A stretch of DNA of 63,251 nucleotides, counting the filler, from Reclinomonas americana ATCC 50394 (Eukaryota), in the NCBI GenBank assembly GCA_048213135.1. It is 7 parts of 2 records of this genome, joined end to end, with 100 filler letters (N's around TTAATTAATTAA, not from the genome) between each part and the next. Parts side by side here need not be neighbours in the genome. Positions count along the whole stretch, not along the records: positions 33,004 to 46,151 come from PS015086.1; 6 more parts are not named here. The stretch is one strand, 5' to 3'. Shown here one piece after another: positions 34,801-46,251 of the stretch; within the stretch, counting starts at the first letter, position 1, and each line of letters begins with the position of its first letter. The position numbers were made by a program, and so were the translations under genes. A model generated the notes under the pieces. The model made no database searches, was not told the origin of the DNA, and saw only the letters and a list, made by a program, of their open reading frames with translations.

Positions 34801-36402
34801 CGAGACCGCCATTTTCATCGAAATGCGTGAGCACAGCCGTATACGGCAGCATAATGCGCAACAACTCGGCTGCATGCCTTCGAGCGTCGTCTGAAGGCGA
34901 CGTGGCCTGCTCAATGGCAAACTCAGCCAGCAGCATGCTTAGCCGCACCGTGTTGGCCTCCCCTGCAACAGCACACGTCAGTAGATGCAACGATGCCCCC
35001 TCTATCACTCTCTCACTCTCACACCCACCTCCAGTAGGCATCAGCACCGGTGATCCTACCAGTGCATTGGCCCCGGCGCCACCTTGCTTGGCAACCACAG
35101 ACGAGGGAGCACTGATTTGCATGTGCCACGCCTGATCAACGTCGACCACCAGCGGCGGAAGAAGCTTGGAGCGCGATGATGAACCGCCCCCCGTCTCACT
35201 CGATTCCGGTCCCCGCTGCCCCGATCTCCACGGTCGATTATTCAAACCCAGCAGTGTACGGCTGGTGCACACACGCTCCGCAATTGCAGGAGACTGTAGA
35301 GAAAGGGTGAGCGGCAAGCACCGGCGACACACTGTGCAGTCACTCACATGCAACATCTCGGCCAAACACCTGGCCACCGCGCCCTGCAGTCCGTATAACC
35401 TTGGCAACTGCAACAACAGAAACACTCCACCGGCGGCCGCAAATGCAGCCGCAAATCGACGGAAGCGACAAAAGCACGCCGTCATGATCACCAAGTCTAC
35501 AAGGGAATGCGTGTGAGTGCAACGCACACCAATCACCATCAACATAGCACACACACCAATGATTAGGAGCACGTCCTTGCGCTTGAACAATGGGCGCAGC
35601 AACTCGATGCCGTTGCGCTGCATGATCGCGTTAGTCTCAAGAGAGAAAAGCAATGCAGGCCAGCGAATGCAACTGCCTTACCGCCAGCAGCACCGGCGCC
35701 AGATCGAGATCATCGAATCGGTTGACAAAAAAGCGAAGCATTCGCCGCTGCGGACAGCCGCGTGAGTTGAAGATGGTCGGTCAGTGAGCACAGCAGCGTG
35801 CACGCACCAGCTCAAGAGTAATGGCTGCGCGTGATGAAATGTCGGGAATGTAGGTGTAACGATGCGGCTGCTCAAATGTCAGCGTCCACGTGGCCACCAT
35901 TTCCTCCGATGGCGCCACATTCGTCTGATGCAGATGCACATACGCGCGCACCACTGCCTCGAAGCGCAGAATCAACACATCTCGCTGCTCCCATTGCACC
36001 TCGCCCTCTCCGCCGACCACATGCACCGACTCGAGACCTGTTGTGCGGCCGACCGGCGGTGGTTGAGAAGGAAGAATGATAGCGAATGATGCTATTTTGC
36101 ATGATCACAGACCCGCGGCCAGACTCATCAGTGGCTGCTGCCCGCACGCGAAGAACCGCCCTCCGGCCGCGTCCAATGAGCCCTGCAATCGAGTCAATAA
36201 AAAAATCTTTTCCACTGGAATACGGAATACACACACCGGCGGCACGATGAAGCGATCAACGTCGTGCAGCTGAATCACAAGCCCCAGAATGGCCTCCACA
36301 TACTCCGTCGTCTGTGCGTCCTCTCTCTGATCGCGAGGATGGCCCAACACCGGCTCCACGTACTTCAGCCACAGCTGCACCAGCAACGACAGGCGTGTGA
36401 GG

Positions 36403-36435
<33 letters not shown>

Positions 36436-37727
36436 NNNNNNNNNNNNNNNNNNNNNNNNNNNNNNNNCGATCAACTTCATGCACCTTATACATGATGAGC
36501 GCAGGAATCATCTCGCGAAGAGCGCCAATCTCAAATGCTGGTTGCAGAGACGGAGAATTGTGAGGCCAACAACGAAAAAAGAAAGACCATGCAAAGGGTG
36601 CATGCACACCATCACGGTCATCTTCACCCTCGAGTGACAGGCATGACTTCCAGTAGATCGATTCGGCCGCGTTTAGCAGTGCATACAGCCTGCATCAGCG
36701 ACGTGAGAGGCGGTCGCACGCAAGCGGGGAACGACAATGCAAACCTCCGAATGCAGTACAGCGGCGTCGATTCTTCGGCAGCACGATCGCGCTCGGCGGG
36801 TGCTTGCATCTGCGGATGGCAGGGTGAGACTGACGGCGAAGTGGACGGTGTGGAGAGCTGAATCAATCGAGAAGTGTGCGAAAAGAGTGGAAAAGTGAGT
36901 AGTAGAGAGTGCAAAGGTGTGCGATCATATCACCAACTGCCCCAGCAAGCACCAGCGTGAGCAGCAGTGAGCAGAAGACACCGAGTCATTGTGACTGAAT
37001 CAATCAAGAAGTGTGCGAAAAGAGTGCAAAAGTGAGTGGAAGTGAGTGCAAAAGTGTATGATCATATCATCTAGTGCCCCAGCAAGCACCAGAGCGAAGA
37101 GTTGTGAGCAGAAGACACACACCGAGTCATCGTGACTGAATCAATCGAGAAGTGTGCGAAAAGAGTGCAAAAGTGAGTGGAAGTGAGTGCAAAGGTGTGC
37201 GATCACACTGTCGAATGTCTCCGCAAGCACAAGAGTGAGCAGCAGTGAAGAGAAGCCGTGCAAACGCATCGTGTTCAGATATTTCGTCACACGAACAACA
37301 ACACACATTGCAGACGATCGCTCCCGCCCCTTGCATGCACACAAGGGAAGAACAAAGAACAAAGGACACCCTCCTCTGTGTTCCGTCCTCGCATAGACAC
37401 CGCGGAGAGCGGCAGAGAGGCAAAACGGGCATGGACATGCACACACACGCACACACACACCTCCACCTCATCGCCCTCCCGCCTTTCTCCACTCCGCTCC
37501 GCATGCATCTCCTCCTCCTCTTCCTCTTCCTCATCCTCCTCATCGTCCTCATCGTCCTCATAATCGCCCTCCACAAAGCCATTCCTTTGACCGATCCCGT
37601 GCAAGTCGCGCACGAGTGGATCGACGTTCACGCCACGTACATCGGCATTCAGCACGCGAAGCAGTCGACGGACCTCGGAGACTGTCTCCGGAGCCACCAG
37701 CGGCGCCGCCATGGCTTCGCTGGCCAT
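31802..37727 (-). CDS. DCAF1: DCAF1/VprBP-like protein (CRL4 substrate receptor), multi-exon, incomplete (LisH and most WD40 sequence lost in gap)
   Basis: ARM-like segments FAAAFAAAGGVFLLLQLPR, ARRHAAELL..LTHFDENGGL, FRQHNGIRTLLSVL and QCLLAMAADDTIRQILMQL mirror DCAF1 motifs. The WD40 end VLDAIDYSLI..AVVE..RLYEIGR and part of the acidic tail lie on inverted contig 32255-32903; the remaining acidic tail is at 31802-32234. Confidence 0.78.
32255..32903 (+). CDS. DCAF1 C-terminal WD40 end plus acidic region, on a mis-oriented contig
   Basis: DAIDYSLIHMVEMGRSVHHMAMHKTDDFQMAVVE...RVRLYEIGRR followed by D/E-rich sequence; flanked by gaps on both sides. Confidence 0.75.
36858..37260. repeat. Intronic tandem repeat (~138-nt unit x3)
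   Basis: ctgaatcaatc(g/a)agaagtgtgcgaaaagagtg at ~36858, ~36995 and ~37135. Confidence 0.88.
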
Positions 37728-37926
37728 TGCTCGACGTCGACTTGCTAAAGTCGCAGGACACTGCATGATCACGCTTCAAAGACCGATCGCTGAAGCGCGG
37801 AAGTAAGCTGTATGCACTAAGTAGTGGTACATTAATGTCTCTCACCGATCCGTTCGTCGCGACGTCGTTGACTTTGCATTCAATGACGCGTACGTCGAAC
37901 GTCGACATTTAGTGCACTCGAGCTCG

Positions 37927-38205
37927 ATGTCGTTGCTTCCGACGTCAACTCTGTTCGTTGCTCATTGGCTTACTTTTCCTACTCGTGCCCCGCATGCACC
38001 TGCAGCACACGCGACTGCCGGATTTCAATTATGACAGGACTCGTATCCTGTCCACCCTCGACATCGATGTTGCGAGGAGGCGGTTGTGCCAGTTCCAAGG
38101 CAGTGGCCGCCACACCAGCGCCCTCTATTACCACCACTGACACAGTTGTGGCCGATCCCGCGCAAGTGCATGTCACAGTGGCGAGGGTGGAGACTGTGCA
38201 TGTGA

Positions 38206-38236
<31 letters not shown>

Positions 38237-41200
38237 ACCAGTGACAGTGACAGAGCAGCAGCCCGTCGTGGTAAGACCTCCCGTCAACAACACGCCTCTC
38301 ACATTGGCGCAAAAGATTGCCGCCTTGCATACCGCACAACACGCGGAACAATCGTCGTCGTCGTCGCCACAATCAGCCAGTGACCCGAGCAACATGTCGG
38401 CACTGGAGTGCCTGGTAAGCAGTCCTTCTTACTGAGTTGCTGCTACAGCTTGTGTGTCACTCCCGCGCGTTGCAGGTTCCTGTGTGGGCAAACACTCGCG
38501 AGACCGAGGCCGACAGCGTGCAAGGTCGAGCGACGGCCGTGCCTGCGGACGATTTGCTGGATGCGTTTGTGGCGCGACAGGGACCAATGGCCACTGCCAA
38601 GGTGGCGCTCAAGTGACTCTCTATTGTCGCCTGTGCACCAATTTCAACTCGCTTTTTTATTGCTCAGGTTGTGGTGGTGGCCGGCTGGTCGGGCGGCGGC
38701 AAGTCCGTGCTTCTGCGATCGTTCATGTCGCGCATGGCGGAGAGGAATGGTGATCCGGCTGCTGGTCACGCGGACAGGCCGCTCACGCTGGTCTTGTCGG
38801 CGAAACTGGCCGCTGTGCCGGCGTCGGTGCTCGACGGCAGCGGAGAGGAGCTGGTGCCGTACTTGGTGCAGCGGGCGAATGCGCTGGTGCCGGAGGAGCG
38901 ACAGCGCGTGACGGTCGTGGAGGTGAGAGTGGTTCATTCCATGAGTTGTGTGCGCACAGCCGTACTCATCGCCCTTGTTGCAGTGCCGGCGTGTGTCGTC
39001 TCTGGTGCTGGTGCTTGACGGCTTTGACGAGTGTGCACAGGCGCCGCGCAACCTCTACGTGTACCACCGACTCGCGGTGTGTGTGTGTGTTTGTCGACAC
39101 GACTCGGTGACTGCGTCTCTTCTCCTCACGCTGGGCCGTGTGGCGCAGGAATGGCCCAATGTGCAGCTGGTCGTCTCCGTGCGCCGCGAGTACATTAGTC
39201 GCGCCGGCCAGCTGTGGGCCGAGCAGTTCTTCGTGCCTGTGGACCCTCGAATGTCTCGTGCGCAGCTGGCGGGCGAGCCGGAACGCACGCTGGTGCGGTG
39301 CATGCTGCGCTCGTTCTCCCTGGAAGACGTGCAGCTCTTCTTGCAGCGGTCTGTGTCTGGCGCGTGAGCGGTGCTTGGTTCTGCAGCTGCGGTCTCATGC
39401 TGACACACGCAGTTACGCGGAGAAGCAAGAGAACAGCGCCGAAGTGTACCAGACGCTTCTCCAAGTCATCCAGGGTGTACATGGACTGCTGGAGCTGGCG
39501 TTCTCGGTTCGTTGCACGATTTATTCCATCAACTCCGCGCTTTTGGCTCATCTGCCTCCCCCCACTCACAGCCTATCATGCTCAACATGATTGTCAGCAT
39601 GGTGGAAGAGATTCGCAAGAACTCCAGCGGCCGGTGGACGCGCGCACGATTGTACCAGAACTTTATGAAGGCGAAAGTGCAGTGGGAACTGAAGCACCAT
39701 GCGGCCGACATTGAGGAGGTTTGCGGTGGTGGTCATTGTTTCCTTTCCCGTCTCCCTGCTCTGACTCGTTGTTGTATGTTGCAGCGCTTTGGAGAGGGTG
39801 GCAACGAGCATTTTTCCCGTGCAGTCTACAAGTTCAACAATTCTCTCGCCGGCGACATGGTGCAGAACAACATTGTCACGCTGCAGCAATACGTTGCGTC
39901 AACTGTGCAAGCTATCCTCTCAACAAACTCTCACGCCGCTCAATTCATTCTCCGCAGAGCCACGCTCAACTCCAGAAACTGGAGCGCGAGTCGCCCGCCG
40001 CCCTGCGACAAGCGCGCGCCGTCAATGACACCTGGGAGACGTACTTTGGTGTGGATGACGTGCAAAACGATGTGGTGATCCGTGCAGTTATGTCGCAGCT
40101 CATCTCCCTGCCCCTCGCCACATTCACTCATCTCTTTATATCGTGGCAGGGTCTGTTCAAGTGGACCGTCAGCCGAAACACCCCCTCCAGCGTGTGCTTC
40201 CTCCACAAGTCGTTTATGGAGTACTCAGCAGCACGCTTCTGGCTCGACACGGTGCTGGACATTGCCAACACCGACACACCTCTGGAGGTTCGGCTTTACG
40301 CGTGTGCATGCTCTCGCCTCTCTGTGCGTATCTTCTGCCTCATTTTCCTCCACGCAGGATCGACTCGATCTGCTCGCGGGAACCATGGTCGGCAACGTGC
40401 AACTCACCTCCGCGAACGATGTTGAGTGCCCTCTAGTGCTCCCTTCCTTAATTTTTGTCACCTCATTTTTCTTCTCTCCGCGCAGAGCCTCGACTCGATC
40501 CTCGCGTTTGCGGGCGAGATGGTGCGAGTGTTTGCCAACCTCGGCGACGCCTGCATGCGAGTCATCCTGCTGTCGCGTGACTTTCCCGACAAGCCACGCG
40601 TGGCCGTGGCCGCCTCCAGTGCGGCGTCAGTGCTGTGTGCCGCCATGTATTCGTTCAGCGGATGCGACCTGCATGGCGTAAAGCTGCGCGGCGCCGATTT
40701 GCGCGATGCACTGATGCACCACGTCGACCTGCGCGATGCCGACTTGCGCGACTGCAACCTGCGTGGCGCCTACTGTCGCGACGCCGACTTTCGCGGCTGC
40801 AACTTCACCGGCGCACAGCTGCCACGCCCGCCGATCGAGGCGCACGACGACGATGTGACAGTGGTGTTGGTGACTCGCGACGGCAGCAAGATCGTGTCCA
40901 GTGGGCTCGACGGCAAAGTTCGCGTGTGGTCGTTTGCCGACGGCAGCATGCTGCACTCGCTCGATGCCGACCGTGAGTACGTGTCCACCGCGGTGCTCAC
41001 TCCCGACGACACAAGCGTGTTGGCCGCCGGGGGCGAGGGAATCATCCGACAGTGGTCCCTTGCCACCGGGCAGCTGATGCGTGAGATCGACATTGGCGCC
41101 GTGCACTTTGCGCCAGACATTAGCACATTGGCGATCACCCCCGACGGTCTGCACGTGCTCCACGACGGTGGTCACGTGGAGAGTCACATCAACATGCGGT

Positions 41201-43391
41201 CGCTGGCCACTGGCGAACTGGTGCGTTCGTGGAAAATCAGCGACCGAACATCGGCTGTGCGCTTTATCCTATCGACCGACGGCCAGTCGGTGTTTGCGGC
41301 CGTCGGAAACTCTCTGACGCAGTGGACCGTGCAGTCGGGCGAGATGCTGCGCCAGTTCGCGCCGGTTCACAACGAGGACATTACGGCCATGGCGACGACC
41401 CCCGATGGCAAGTACTTCATCTCTGCCGACGACGAGGGCAACGTGGCACAGTGGGACATCGCCAGCGGCTTGCCGACCGGCGGCATGCAATTGCACTCCG
41501 CGACACTGACGTCGCTAGTGGTGAGCCGCGACGGACAGTCTCTGTTCTCCGGTGGCCAAGACAGCGCAGTACGCGAACTGCATTTGGCGACGGGGCAAGC
41601 CGGCAGCAGTGTCGATGTGCACAGTGACGGTGTCCGCTCGGTGGCGCTCTCTCCCGACGGCAAATACGTCGTCTCGGGCGGCGGCGACCGCAAGATCTTT
41701 GTGTCCATTGTTGACGCTGCACAAAAGACTCGGCGATTAGAGCGTCACGAGGGACCGGTGACTGGCCTCGCTGTGTCACTCACCTACGGTACCCTGATGA
41801 CATGCGGTGAGGACGGCACACTGCGCAAGTGGGCGCTGCTCCCTGGCTTCCAGGTTCATCAAGCGATGGCACATCCCAGCATTCATGGTGCGATGGCGCT
41901 GATCATGTTGACGGACGGCAAGCATGTGGCAACCGGCGGCGACGATGGCATGGTGCGCATTTGGCCGGCTTTCACTCCAGGCAAGGTACGCACGTTGCGC
42001 GGGCACACCCAGTGGGAAGGCGTGACGGATCTCGCTGCGACCCCGGACGGCAGACTGCTACTGAGTGCGTCGCATGATGGCACTGTGCGATCGTGGTCAT
42101 TGGAGAGGGACGAACAGGTCCATGTTTTTGAGGCCGAGGCGAAAGCTGGCCGGCACATGCATCTCGGCCAGAACAGGGTGTGGTGTGTTGTCGTGACGCC
42201 CGACTCGGCCCGTGCCGTGTCGGCGCATGCGGATCACGTGATACGCGTGTGGAATCTGGCGTCGGGGGCCATGGAACGCGACATCGATTTGAACCCCGCG
42301 TACGTAAGTGCGCTGGCTATGGCAGCTGACGGCCGCCGAGTCGTGTGTGGCACTAGAGCGCCCGCGGCGTCTGTCCGCGTGATTGCACTGGACAGCGGTC
42401 GCGAGCTCAGCCGCGTCAGCGGCCTCCCCGACGACATCGAATCGCTTCTCCTCCTTCACAACGATACGCAAGTGGTCTGCAGCGCCAGCTGCGAGCTGGT
42501 GGTGGCTTCGCTGGCGACCGGGCAAATTCTGCGCCGCCTCGTCGCTCCCGGTGACAAATGCACCATCACGAGACTTGTCGCTGCCCCCGACGGCAAGTCC
42601 TTCTTTGGTGGACTCGCCGACGGCTCTGTCTGGCAGTGGTCAATCCCAGCCGACGGCGCGACGGATCACAGGTAGGCGTCGTCGGTGCTGCGTGAAGCGT
42701 GGTGGCAGTTTTTTTCCTTTGCTGACTCGCGAGAGGTGCTGCAGCGGTGGCGTACTGATGCGTGTGTACGGCTCGCTGCGGCCGTCGTTTGACGGATGCC
42801 AGATCGACGGTGCTGTTGGCATGTCTCCGCTGCTGATGCGCCACCTCACACGACCACCACCACCGTCGTCATCGTCGGCGTTGACGACGACACAGTCAAG
42901 CTCGCCCTCCGCCGCCACCAGCAGTGGAGCAGGGGCAGCAGGAGGGGTACCGTTGCGTTGCAGTCCGCCGTCGACGTCGAAAAAACAGCTGAAAGCTCAC
43001 CTTTCTTTTTTTTTTCCGCAGCGTGCTGGTCGTCGACGGGTTCAAGAAGGGCGGCTTCCTGCACAACTCGTGGCAGGCGCGCCGACTGGAGCTGTCGGTG
43101 GACAACCGCGAGGTGCAATACTTTGAAACGAGTAAGAAGACAGCAAACGGCAGCTTCTCGCTCGAGGAGGCGCTATTTGAGGTGGCCCCGACACCGGCGA
43201 CGCACCAGGGCAACACGCTCACCGTCATCACCATCTCCCCGACCTCGGCCACCACCGGACGCAAGCAGTACGTTCTCGGCATACCCACGGCCAAGGGACG
43301 CGCCACCAAGTGGGTGTATGCCATGAAGCGCGCCGGAGCAATGCGGCGCAAGGAAGGCGAAGACAACGGTGGCGAAGAAGAGAATGATTGA
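37927..43391 (+). CDS. NLR-like STAND protein: LRGG-GCxSSK N-terminus, NACHT NTPase, pentapeptide repeats, ~14 WD40 repeats, C-terminal PH domain
   Basis: Walker A GWSGGGKS (~38683), Walker B LVLDGFDE (~39011), VVSVRREY, FLHKSFMEYSAA (~40198), pentapeptides FSGCDLHGVKLRGADLRDA...FTGAQL, 14 WD repeats in exon 40486-42671. Spliced via GCQIDGAVGMSPLLMRHL to PH exon 43022-43391 (GFKKGGFLHNSWQARRL...KWVYAM). Start ATG uncertain (37927, 38031 or 38067). Confidence 0.87.
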
Positions 43392-43629
43392 TTAAAAAAG
43401 AAAAGGGTTGTTAGCGGACGCGTGCATGATTCTCCGAGTTCGGCGAGCATTTCCTCCGCGGACTCGGTAAGCCCATGATGAGATCATAGAGCGTGTGGTG
43501 CTGCGTAAACAAGCGCCAAGAGAAGGGTAAAAAACAATGCATGATATCGAACAAGGAAACTGCCAAACGCGGCAGTTTTCTTCGTCCCGCGCGGCTCGCT
43601 GTGATCAAAAACACCTAGCGCGCCAAACG

Positions 43630-46151
43630 ATGTTGGCGAGGAGAGGATGGTGCCTGCTGGTTCTTGCCCTCCTCTTCCTCCTCCCCTCCGCTGTCTTCAC
43701 CCTCGCCAACACCACTGAGCGTCGCGAGTCAGTGCGATTCGCGCGCTCCTCATTATCGTTGTCGCCAACGCACGTGACGCTCTTTGACAATGCACTGTGC
43801 GCGCCACCGGCTCGCGCCACGGCTGTGGTGATCGCCGCCACCGCGGTCGATGTCGACCAGGCGGAGGTGGAGGCGCAGGTGGAGTGGTGGGACTCGATCG
43901 CTCCTCCACTCGCCTCTGCGCAGCATTGGTGTGTGCGCAGTCGATCTTCCTCCACTAGTGAGGAGGAGGAGGAGAGGTGGCGCCCACTGGCACCGCGACT
44001 GGGACCGCTGCTCATCGATCGCGTCGATATCCTGGGCGATGGCACTGTTGAGTCTCTCTCTCACTCATGTCTCTCTTTTGTCTTTGTGTCGTGCCTCTGA
44101 TGGTGGTGCACAGGTCGTTGTTGTGAGTGGCAGTGGTCTGTCGTGCAGCGATCGACTGGTGCTGGTGAGCGCGTCCGAGTCGCTGTTCGAGTTGCAGTGT
44201 CAGCGACAGACTACGGGAATGATTGTCGCCAGTGCGGCACTGGCGGTGCCTGCGGATGGGGAGTACGAGTTGCGGTGGCAGCGACCACAGGGCACAGTGG
44301 TGCTGGCCAGTGGAGTGCGGGTTGCTGCGATGACAGTGACGACACGCGATGCTGCCAGTGGTTTCGTATGCGAACAATTCCGTGGTGTTCGTAGTCGCAC
44401 TTCTCTCTGATATGTGTGCGATCACAGACACAGCTGGCAATGCAGCGCTTGACTTTGAGTGGCGCTGGCTACTGCTGCTGCTCATCATTCCGCTGCTGAT
44501 GTGCCCGGGACTCTGGTGGTTCTGCTGTCCGTGCTTTGCGGCGTGTTTGGCTCCGGGCAAGAAGAAGAGCAAGAAGAAGAAGAAGGACAGCAAGGACAAG
44601 AAGTACAAGGTCGGCAAGGGCACGAAGAGGGAGAAGAAGGAGAAAAAGAAGAAGAAGAAGACGAAGGCGAGGACTGGCGACGCAGTGCAGGTTGGGCTCG
44701 TTGTTTTTCCCTCCCTTTTTGCACTCCTCAGCGCACTCACGGTTGCGCTGCAGACGGTGTCGTACGAGTCGTCGTCGTCGGGTTCGTCGGCCGGCAGCAG
44801 TGACTCCGAGTCGTCGGATTCGGAGCGGCAGTCCACGGCGGCAGCGGTGCGACGCATCTGTGACTGATAGCGCAAGTCGCCAACACTCCTTGACTCACTC
44901 GTTCCGCCGCGCAGGATCCACCGCCACTGTATATCGCTCCGGATTCTGGCAGAGGCAGTGGTCTCATCTCACCCGCGATGCGTCGCATGCCCGCCTCGCC
45001 CGGTCAAGTGACGCCCTCCAGTGCTCGACTGTTGGTGTGTCTCAACACAGCGTCTCTATTTCCTGCAACTCGCGCTCACTCTTTTTTCTTGTGTGTAGGT
45101 GCCGACCGCTTGGACCCCAAAGGACGATGAGCCAGTGCGTTCATCTCCACTTCTCTCTCCCTGCAGCTGGGTTTTCCTGAACTATGTGTGTGTTTGTGTA
45201 GCTATTCCCGACGTTTATCGATCTGCCCAACATGATTGAGAGCGGTGCTCGTGTCGATCCGCCGCCGAGTGCGCCGGTGAGGGAGAGTCGACTCTTTCCT
45301 TTTTTCTTTCACCAGGAGAGTGTGCTGACACCCACATCACAGTCTTCCGCTGGTCCCTCGTCGGCGCGGTACCTGGCACGCACGGTGAGTGCGCTGCATC
45401 CGTTGCGATGCCGCGGTGATACCTTGTGCTCACCTCATCGCGCTCAACACGGACAGGTGCACTCTGTGCAAACAACACCCCGACATGCGCCAGTATCGTG
45501 TGCAGTGCAGACCGAGGCGCACGAGTGGATGCGCGACCAGTCGGTGCAGAACACGATCTGGTGGGAAACGCTCGTGGATCAGTCGACACAGACGGGTGAC
45601 GCCAGCGGCGAGTCGCGGCCATCATCGCCAGTGTCGTCGTCGGCATCCTCGTCGTCCGGCAGCTCTCATCCATCGCCGCGAGAGCGACACGCGGGTGAGT
45701 GTGAGTGGCCATTTTTGCCACTTTTTACGTGTGTTGTTGTGTGTTTGCTCACAATGTGCCAGCTGCCGGTGATGTTGAAGATGGCGACAAGCATCATCAC
45801 CACCACGATCACCACCACCACCACGCGATGCACTCGCACTCGACCCAGACGACGCCGCGAATCGAGGCGCCGTCGCCATCGCCGTCGACAGCAGCTGCAC
45901 CACCGCCAATGCGTCCGCACTCGACTCAGACGACGCCGCGTGCTGAAGCGCCGCTGCCTCCACCACCACCGCCACCTCCACCGCCACCGCCACCGCCAAC
46001 TGCTGCAGTACCGCCCCCCATGCACCCGCACTCGACGCAGACAACACCGCGCGACGAGGCGCCACAACACCACCATCACCGCCCGCCGTTGCACCCCCAC
46101 TCCACACAGACGACGCCACGAGAAGAGCAGCCACCTCCGCCAAAGGAGGTG
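43630..46151 (+). CDS. Type-I membrane protein (signal peptide, beta-rich ectodomain, TM, Cys cluster, poly-Lys, Pro/His-rich repeats); 3' end runs into gap
   Basis: MLARRGWCLLVLALLFLLPSAVFTLA signal; TM WLLLLLIIPLLMCPGLWWFCCPCFAACL followed by KKKSKKKKK...; four HSTQTTPR repeats at ~45830-46121. Confidence 0.62.
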
Positions 46152-46251
46152 NNNNNNNNNNNNNNNNNNNNNNNNNNNNNNNNNNNNNNNNNNNNTTAAT
46201 TAATTAANNNNNNNNNNNNNNNNNNNNNNNNNNNNNNNNNNNNNNNNNNNN

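Noticed and set aside
42673-42675. Stop-codon readthrough or alternative genetic code linking WD40 to PH
   Set aside because: The TAG lies within a GTAGGC donor and splicing explains the join. TAA and TGA are used as normal stops elsewhere.
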